From Laetmonice hystrix (lineage: Eukaryota): a stretch of 64,000 nucleotides of DNA. The stretch lies in contig OZ249441.1 of assembly GCA_965235115.1 (NCBI GenBank), positions 7,750,001-7,814,000 of the forward strand, written 5' to 3'. Below the pieces are notes generated by a model. It was not told the origin of the DNA. It worked only from the letters and a program-made list of their open reading frames with translations, and searched no databases. The first letter of the stretch is position 1, and each line of letters starts with the position of its first letter. Position numbers and translations under genes: made by a program. Positions 54,243 through 64,000 of the stretch are shown here, piece by piece.

Positions 54243-57200
54243 TGGGAGCGGGTCGGTACGCTCATGTCGCCAGAGTCAGACGGTTATAACGGGATTACGG
54301 GCGGCCGTCGGGAGAGGTGGACACGGCCGGGGTGTATAGACCATTGAGCCAGGCGGCCGTGGGTCCCGCTCCCCGGGCCGGACAGCCCCGTATCGGGTAT
54401 ACCGGTCTTACCCTGCCACCCTCCCCGGGCACACAGCCAGCTGGTCCCGGCTAAGTGCTCCCAACAATATTTCCACCGATAGGGTTTCATCCCAAGCCCG
54501 GGTAGGCCATTGCTCTCGGCGCTACGGGTCAATAAAGATGACTCCCCTCTCGAGAGCGGGTTAGCACTAGCTCGTCTTGCTGGATGGGAATGTACAGGCC
54601 ATCAACCCGCGGCTGGCTGGACCCTGTGGTCGTCTTAAGTCAGGTTGTACAACTCGTACATCACATGAGATGGCTTCCGTTTTCAGTGGTTTGAGATCTA
54701 TACTGAGGTTTGTAACTACGTGTAGTTATAACAATGATTTGGGTTGTTTCCTTTCAGTAAGGAATTGTTAATAGTCCCTTTTTACTAATTGCGATTCCTG
54801 TAAATGATTAGAATTGCTAAAGCTGACATAATGGAAGCAGGATTTGTTCCGACCCCCGCCCCTCGGTAAATTGGCGCAGGGTGCGGGCGCCAGGCAGGCC
54901 AGGGGAGGCGTGGCCGGCCCGGCGGGGTACCCCGACGGTACGGCACCGTGCGGGTGGCGGATAGCGGGCGGCGGGGAGGGGGAGGGGCAGGGAGGGACCG
55001 CTAACCCTCCTCCTCTCCTCATCATCACACTCTCCTGATCGCCATAATTACGCTCAGTTGCATGTGACTTGCAGGCAATGGTATCTCACGCTGAGAGGCT
55101 TGATCCCCGACACAAGGACAGCTCTCGGAGCGCGGTCATTAACGACCGCGGGACGAGGACCAGTGTCGGGCAATGCGCTAACAAGTGGCCAGTAATTGGC
55201 GTGTGCCCGGGCGGCCTGCCGACCATTGACGGCAGTCGGTCGGTCGGTGGGCCGGCCGGGCGGGCGGGCGGGTGGTTGGTCGGTCGGCGGGCAGGCAGGC
55301 AGCCTCGTGCGGCCCGACCTGTTGCCAATGGCAGGCAGCGGCCCTAGCTGACGGCGTTCCGGGGCGCGCGTCCGCCATTGTTCCCTCGTTAACACCCGTA
55401 AACGAAGCCAATTTGGTAACAAAGCATCCCAAGGAAGAAAATACTAATTAAGTTTTTGTGCACTGACAGATACGAGGTGCATTGGTTATGGAGGGAAGTG
55501 TGCTATGGGTACCGTGTGACGGGCAGGGTGCAGCATCACCCAGTCCGACTACCCTCGCTGGAGGGTCGTTAGAAAGTGATTCACAGAACAACAGCCGCGT
55601 CTCGATCATTTCTCTCAATGACGTCATAGACTGTCCTTGAACGTGCACTCAATGGTAGCCTACAAAAGATTTCCTTAAATTGTGTCTGCATTCACACTGC
55701 CAGCGACTCGGGGACGCTGTCAAAATCCCTGCCTCTGTTTACTACCAGCAAACGATTCAGAAATGAATTTCCTGAGGGTTTGCGGCTTGTGATCGCATAA
55801 TTCAGATTGAACAAGTCGATTTGTGACCACGTCAGTCTGCGTGCCGGGCTTCACGTCAGTCTGCGTGCCGTGAAGGGCTGCGCGCCGTGCCGTGAAGGGC
55901 TGCGTGCCGCCGACCATAGCCAGCCCGCAGTCCGGTGCACAAGAACTCCATGCGCCTGCGCGTTATAATTAGACTTGTTAGAGGCCACATTGTTGTGCGT
56001 TCAGAAGTCAAGCAGCTCCTCAAAAAGGCGTTGGCCACAAAAGCCAAGTTGATCGCCGAATCGTTTGAAAATACTGCTGAACGTAAGCATAAAAGGACTC
56101 GAGTCCCTTCCCCAAAGGTCATGTATACCGCAGTTCCAAGTATACCTGCTCTGGAAGTCCACTTCAACTACACAACACAAGAAACACGACTCAATCCTAA
56201 AGGTGCAGTTTCAGTGGTCATCTCTATAAAATGTCATCGCTGTCATCTGTCCAGCTATAGGCCAGAGTTACGTGCCTAGTGAGGAGTATAATATAGTTCC
56301 GTTATAGGCCGTCATGGTGTACCGTTCAGACCCTGGAGTTTGAGTTCAAACCGCTCCCAGCCATGCACTCATTATGCTGGTGGTGGGGAGGGGCGCCTAT
56401 AGTCCCGCCACAGCCCTCATTCTAACCGGGGGGGGGGGGGCGCCTAGTCCCGCCACAGTCCTCATTCTAACCACATACTCGCCGCATATTGTTTCAGCCC
56501 CGATTTGACACGAGTAATTAAAAGTCCATGTCCGGCTGGGGTGTACGGGACTCGGACAGATCAAGTTCCACCAGACCCCGGCCGATCGACGCGCCACCCT
56601 GTGGGTAAGTGGGGCACGACTCTATTAGTCGGACCGCTGGGATTCCAACCACTTATCTGAGCGTCCTAACTGACACAATAAATTATTCCAGTCTGACAAT
56701 ACCTGCCGGTACAGGTAAACACACTTCTCACGTGTCTGGGCGGGCGAGCGGGAGGGTCGGGGCGGGGGGGGGGGGGGTCGCGGGGGTCAAGCTACCACCA
56801 GACACTAACTATCGACATAGGAGGCTGATAGAATATTGTCATGCAGCCAGGGCTTCAGTCGGAGTTTCCTGGGTTTTTTTCCCTTTATTGATTGATTATT
56901 ACCGATGTCTAAGTAAGGTGTTGAATATAATGTTTGAGTGGCTAGACACCCCCAGAGGGTAAACAGGAAATACAGCACCAGAGTCACAATTTTAAACTCC
57001 TCAATATGTATACAGCTGTGGAAAAATTAAACCTATTTACGAGTTATGAATGGCAAAATTACTACATAGCTAGACTTTACTACACCTGTGTTTTATTTAT
57101 TTGAACTGGCAATGGTGCCACTTTTCTTTCTATTAATCAAACAGTTCTCTGAAAAACGTTGTTTACGCATTGTCAACCAAATAAGTCGGTATGCGTGAAA

Positions 57201-57601
57201 ACCATCAAGTTGACACCCTTTTGGCATACCCCAGAGTAGATCATGGCGGCGGGGGGGGGGGGGGTGTCACTGTTAACTAGCACACGGCCCGGAAGCACAA
57301 CTTCGGACGCCATTTTCTGATTCATAAGGACAGGAAATGGTCAACGGCTCCGACAGTCTCCTAAATAAACAGTATACCTGAACATTGTGTATACTGTCAG
57401 ACTGTATACATGTTGTACTAGATACTGCTTATGGGTATAGGCCTATATGGCCTATTATCTGGCATCAATGCCTCTAAAATCTATACCCTAGCTTGTGAAG
57501 TTAATGATGTTTTTGACCTTTCAGGTATGTAAGGTGCCCCTGGGGTAAAAGTTCCTTTAGTTCATACAGCAGAAGGTATGTATGCAAGGCTGGTAGAAAA
57601 T

Positions 57602-58050
57602 ATGGTTGAGCCTTTGTTTAGTCTACAGTCAGACGTATACCTTGCTATATCCCATAGCTGCCATGGTTTCTGGTGCGAGTTATAGGTCACATGGTTGAGC
57701 CTTTGTTTAGTCTACAGTCAGACGTATACCTTGCTATATCCCATAGCTGCCATGGTTTCTGGTGCGAGTTATAGGTCACATGGTTGAGCCTTTGTTTAGT
57801 CTACAGTCAGACGTATACCTTGCTATATCCCATAGCTGCCATGGTTTCTGGTGCGAGTTATAGGTCACAATGTCATGGTTGAGCCTTTGTTTAGTCTACA
57901 GTCAGACGTACTTGCTATATCCCATAGCTGCCATGGTTTCTGGTGCGAGTTATAGGTCACATGGTTGAGCCTTTGTTTAGTCTACAGTCAGACGTATACC
58001 TTGCTATATACCATAGCTGCCATGGTTTCTGGTGCGAGTTATAGGTCACA
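57602..58050. repeat. 89-bp tandem repeat x5
   Basis: ATGGTTGAGCCTTTG recurs at 57602, 57691, 57780, ~57876 and 57961. Confidence 0.95.
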
Positions 58051-58079
58051 TTAACGAGTTGATCGCACCCAACAAATAA

Positions 58080-58435
58080 ACCTTGATTCATACACAATTC
58101 TCACTGTCTTATTGGTTGATTCATGCACAAATTGATTGTTTGATTCATACACAATTCTTACTGTTTTATCCTGGTTGATCCATACACAAATTGATTGTTT
58201 GATTCATACACAATCCTAACTGCTTTATCCTGGTTGATCCATACACAAATTGATTGTTTGATTCATACACAATTCTAACTGCCTTATTGGTTGATTCATA
58301 CACAAATTGATTGTTTGATTCATACACAATCCTAACTGCTTTATGCTGGTTGATCCATACACAAATTGATTGTTTGATTCATACACAATTCTTACTGTTT
58401 TATCCTGGTTGATCCATACACAAATCGATTGGATA
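58080..58435. repeat. ~59-bp tandem repeat x6
   Basis: GATTCATACACAATTCTTACTG...GGTTGATCCATACACAAATTGATTGTTT. Confidence 0.92.
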
Positions 58436-59089
58436 TCATGGCTACTGATACAGTCTCATTAGTACCGATCAGGTCATCAGGTCAGTTATGAGGTTCCATG
58501 TCCAGTTCTTTCATTGTCATTAATCATGTGGTACATGTGGTCATGCGATACTATACGTACTGAAGGTATCCTAACATTCAAACTAAACGCAGGCCTTAAT
58601 TATGCTGAACCGACATGTTTTTTCTTCACGTTTCTGTGAGGGTCACTTTAAAAAAAAATCGCAGTGGGACACGTGCAGGTACTTGCTATACCAATCGATC
58701 ACCAGTGTAGGTCTACATTATTTTTATATAACTTGATATAATATGGAATTAAAAAATCCATGGTTATATTTATACGTAGGCCTATACATACTTTATCCAT
58801 ATATTTGTATTACCTGGTAGTATTTAATACTTGTTAATTACCATGATCCCCAATGAGAGACGTGGCGAACACTGACTGTATCTGTACAAATCCGGCACAT
58901 TTCCAATGAACAGTTTTACTAAATATAAGATCTATGATGCTAACGCCAATTTGATGAACAGTCCTCCACGCCATAACGGATCAAGACAGTATCATCTATC
59001 CATACGACAACAACCCTTTCAGGACGTATCACTTCCGCTTCCGCTCTCATTTCCGTTTTAAAATTTAAAGGTTTCAATAGCGTGACGTT

Positions 59090-59215
59090 ACGATGTGATA
59101 CAGATGGATGAGGTCACACGATGTGATACAGATGGATGAGGTCACACGATGTGATACAGATGGATGAGGTCACACGATGTGATACAGATGGATGAGGTCA
59201 CACGGGCGATGAGGT
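59090..59215. repeat. 28-bp repeat x4
   Basis: CGATGTGATACAGATGGATGAGGTCACA. Confidence 0.92.
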
Positions 59216-59269
59216 CGCACGGACAGTTGATGTGACACACTCCAATCAAATTAAGGACAACCTGTGGTG

Positions 59270-60605
<1,336 letters not shown>

Positions 60606-62149
60606 TCACACAGGGTATTTCTATAAGTTATAAAACAAGAATAGTGCTGGGTTTTATAACACGGCCACAACCTGCTGTATAAAATAATAAATAATATTAT
60701 TACAAAATGACCATATCTTTGGGTTAAACACGCCAGTACCCCGAATGTAGAAGTCAATCGGCAAACTCCGGGACTATAACCCGGCCACAACCTGAAGTTG
60801 TAATATCGGTCTTTAGGGGTTAAAATGACCTGGACACAAAACAAAAGAACCCTAAACTGTAATATGGGTGAATTATAAGTAAAGTGTCACAAGTGCCACT
60901 GAAATATTGGTTCTCTGTGGTCTGGTATGATGCTACATTGTTGCCATAACAATAGACATGGATGTTAACTCGAAGAATGAAAATGATGCAATATACGTGC
61001 GTGAGTGTGCATGTGCACTCACGCCTTCACATATATTGCATATGCGCCTTCTTTGTATGTACCTATGTATGTATGTACGCAGACGTGCATATAAACATAC
61101 AGTATAGAATACATTCAAGCAGGAATAGACGTGTAATCTACATACACTGATGTATGTATGATGTTATGTGAATGCCGTGAAGACTGGCTTCAACCCGCCC
61201 AGTTCCATCATAATCCCACCACATACACACACCTCCCGTAAAGAGGCCCATTAATATGTTCCCCGCTCTGAAACCACTCCGGACAGACGGAAGCTGCCAT
61301 GACATTATACATGAATAACACACGTACCTTATGACTAAACTAAGGCGTCGACCAGAGTCATTCAATCCTCAGGGACCAATAAACACATGTTCCTCAACTC
61401 CTCTCAGCCGAGACGATCTGTATATAATAATATCCCACTGATATTCCACCGTCTCGGGTCACCTAACCTTGACTGAATCGAGTTTCTGCTGAAGTCCAGA
61501 CATCATGGTATCGTGTGAACCGAGCCGTGAAGACTAGCCGTTCCACATCACTGACCACCTCCTCACTGCTCGCGGTGTCACCATCAGTGCTGTAACGGAA
61601 CCTGAAGGTCACCTGGTGGTTTACCCCCAAACCTCGCCTCCTCCTCGTGCACTGATTGCCAGTGTCCTAACGCAAGCCATTCCACTCGTAATCTGCCGTG
61701 ATTAGGGCCGCTCACTGTCACCAGTCAGCCCATGGCGATATTCTCCGGCTGGGCAGGGATCGGTAATAGTCCCTGGGGTTTCACCTGCGGTGGCGATGCT
61801 CAGGTTGTTAGGGAGGTAGACAATGATTGAACTACCTGGAGCTCAGTACCCGCTGGAGGTACCGCCTCACGACCACAGCACACTGAGACTGCTAACACTT
61901 CCCGAAGGAGACGTACAGACGCGGGCCGCGTCGTGCAGACGACAGACAGCGTTCGCTTTAACGGGATTTGTTCTCTTAATCCGTCCACAAGTCTCATCAT
62001 CTGTTAAATCAGGACAGAGACGCTCTGCTTCCCGGCGCGCACGCACGCTAGTCCCGGATGTAGCGTTGCTGAGAGACGCAGCGCGAGCGTTGATGACAAG
62101 ATGTAAGACGCCGCCAGCATGCAGTGAGCGACCATCCTCCTCACAACAC

Positions 62150-62330
62150 GAGCTGTATGAACGTGTCCACGGCCGCCGTATACCGGGTGTGAGACTGGTC
62201 CCCACGTGGGGTTGAGACGAGCTGGCGGCGGGCCGGGTGGCTGGGGCGTGTCGGCCTATCGTATAGTCGACCAAGTGGCCTCCGCGGTGGAGATTACACA
62301 CAACCGCCTGTCATTGGCTGCCTGCCGGCT
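62150..62330 (-). promoter_or_regulatory. candidate sim promoter/5' regulatory region
   Basis: GC/CpG-rich block about 2 kb upstream of the ATG. Contains a minus-strand CCAAT box (62313-62317) and the perfect palindrome CCCCACGTGGGG (62200-62211). No TSS evidence. Confidence 0.3.
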
Positions 62331-62959
62331 GCCCAGTCCAAGTGTTTGCCCAGTCGGAGTGTTTGCCCAGTTGTGGAACTGCTGCATAGCCACCTTCCCG
62401 ACTTCCCATGCGTGCAGCAATCGCGACTTGAGTTGATCTCGTCACAGTGCACGGAGCAGCCATGGTCACGGGTTGTGGCATTGTGGCATTGCTCAAACTT
62501 GTCCGTATCGATGCCACAGCTCGGTGCCGTATACGTCTAGACGGCGGCTGGGTCGGAACACCAGATTACGTCCAAGGGCTGGTGGTATACCTGTGTACCA
62601 ACTGGTAAACTCTCGACGTGTTCACACCGTCTTGGTTCTGGCAGCAGTATTTGACAGGCTGGACCCTAGGACGGATGGACCCGGTCTGCACGGCCTGTCG
62701 CCTGGCCGGCCGGCTGCCTACCATGGGTCGGGCCACCTCCCCGTGTCGACCAACCCCAGCCAGCCGCCCGCTTCAGTTCCGGTATCAATGCCGGGAGGCA
62801 GTGTCGGATTCACAGCATTACGCCAGGGTCATTGAATTGATCAAATACTGCTCACCCCGCTCGCCAGGCCGAGATTTCGACATCTCAACGACACATGGTG
62901 CTCCCAGAATAAATCTTGTATCAGTCTAACGTACAGAGAGAGAAGCCGCAGGACACTGG

Positions 62960-63235
62960 TGGTTGAACCAGTGCAGATAACCAATTGGTTCCAGAGATAT
63001 ATCTACACAGGTATACATTGGTTCCAGAGATATAGCTACACAGGTATACATTGGTTCCAAATATATATCTACACCGGTATACATTGGTTCCAGATATCTA
63101 CACCGGAATACATTGGTTCCAGATATTATATTTACACTGGTATACATTGGTTCCAGATATATCTACACCGCTATACATTGGTTCCAGATATATCTACACC
63201 GCTATACATTGGTTCCAGATATATATCTACACCGG
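62960..63235. repeat. ~29-31-bp array x~9
   Basis: TATATCTACACCGGTATACATTGGTTCCAGA. Confidence 0.92.
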
Positions 63236-63627
63236 TCTACAGTACAAAGTCTGGGGTGATGTATGCATGGGATGTTACTGAACCAATGTGTTGTCATCCA
63301 CTGATTATCATTCAATAGCGTACTCTATACTCAACTGATTTCAATGGCAGAGCGAAGAACCATATATATGCAGCACAACATTGTCTTAAATTTATATCTA
63401 TACCCTACATGCAGGTCTATACATCCATATACACAGCTGCATATAGTATTATATAAGGACATCATCGGTATTATAAGTAAAAGCCTATCGCTCCTGTAAG
63501 AAAAATGCGTGGGAACATTCTTCAGTTGCCCCAGCTGATCCATGCCATACAACATGTCGTCAAGGGCTCTCGTGGTATTCCACACTGCAGAAACAATCAG
63601 ATTAATTCAGACTCCCTCTGGTTCTCT

Positions 63628-64000
63628 CTGCCACCCTGGTGAAGTATTGGTATACCATGTATCCATCCAATCTGCCACCCTGGTGAAGTATTGGTATACC
63701 ATGTATCCATCCAATCTGCCACCCTGGTGAAGTATTGGTATACCATGTATCCATCCAATCTGCCACCCTGGTGAAGTATTGGTATACCATGTATCCATCC
63801 AATCTGCCACCCTGGTGAAGTATTGGTATACCCTGTATCCATCCAATCTGCCACCCTGGTGAAGTATTGGTATACCATGTATCCATCCAATCTGCCACCC
63901 TGGTGAAGTATTGGTATACCATGTATCCATCCAATCTGCCACCCTGGTGAAGTATTGGTATACCATGTATCCATCCAATCTGCCACCCTGGTGAAGTATT
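63628..64000. repeat. 44-bp tandem array x8+ (runs off the right edge)
   Basis: CTGCCACCCTGGTGAAGTATTGGTATACCATGTATCCATCCAAT. Confidence 0.96.

Noticed and set aside
56305-56360. tRNA/SINE-like B box (GAGTTCAAACC); similar GGTTCGAGTC near 38020
   Set aside because: No convincing A box, cloverleaf or second copy in the window.
61460-61850. Upstream coding exon giving an N-terminal extension (donors at ~61467 and ~61834)
   Set aside because: In the phase needed to join RLWSFCG-M, both hit an in-frame stop before any ATG. They could still be non-coding exons, but there is no evidence.
63597-63986. All three minus frames open upstream of sim
   Set aside because: The 44-bp unit lacks stops on that strand, so open frames are automatic.

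Overview
Eukaryotic (animal, probably invertebrate bilaterian) genomic DNA. The window is occupied by one gene on the minus strand, a single-minded (sim) bHLH-PAS transcription factor. Eight coding exons can be rebuilt from GT-AG junctions: 60086-59912, 11656-11580, 11043-10954, 9856-9748, 8232-8147, 5424-5225, 3045-2939 and 2597-2450. They join in frame to 330 codons covering bHLH, PAS-A, PAS-B and PAC; the C-terminal part is not securely located. Intron 1 is about 48 kb. Roughly 28% of the window (hand estimate) is more than 30 unrelated minisatellite arrays. There are also several MITE-like inverted-repeat elements, CpG-rich candidate regulatory islands and one 154-N assembly gap. Almost all other ORFs in the track are repeat or chance artefacts. 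The most notable observation is that arrays at four of the eight exons sit on the exon boundary. Three of them copy the splice site itself: 15 copies of the exon-1 acceptor, 11 of the exon-4 acceptor plus exon start, and about 21 of the exon-5 donor. The exon-4 case matches the tandem-duplication (AG|GT) model of intron gain. No prokaryotic-type system (CRISPR, operon) is present.
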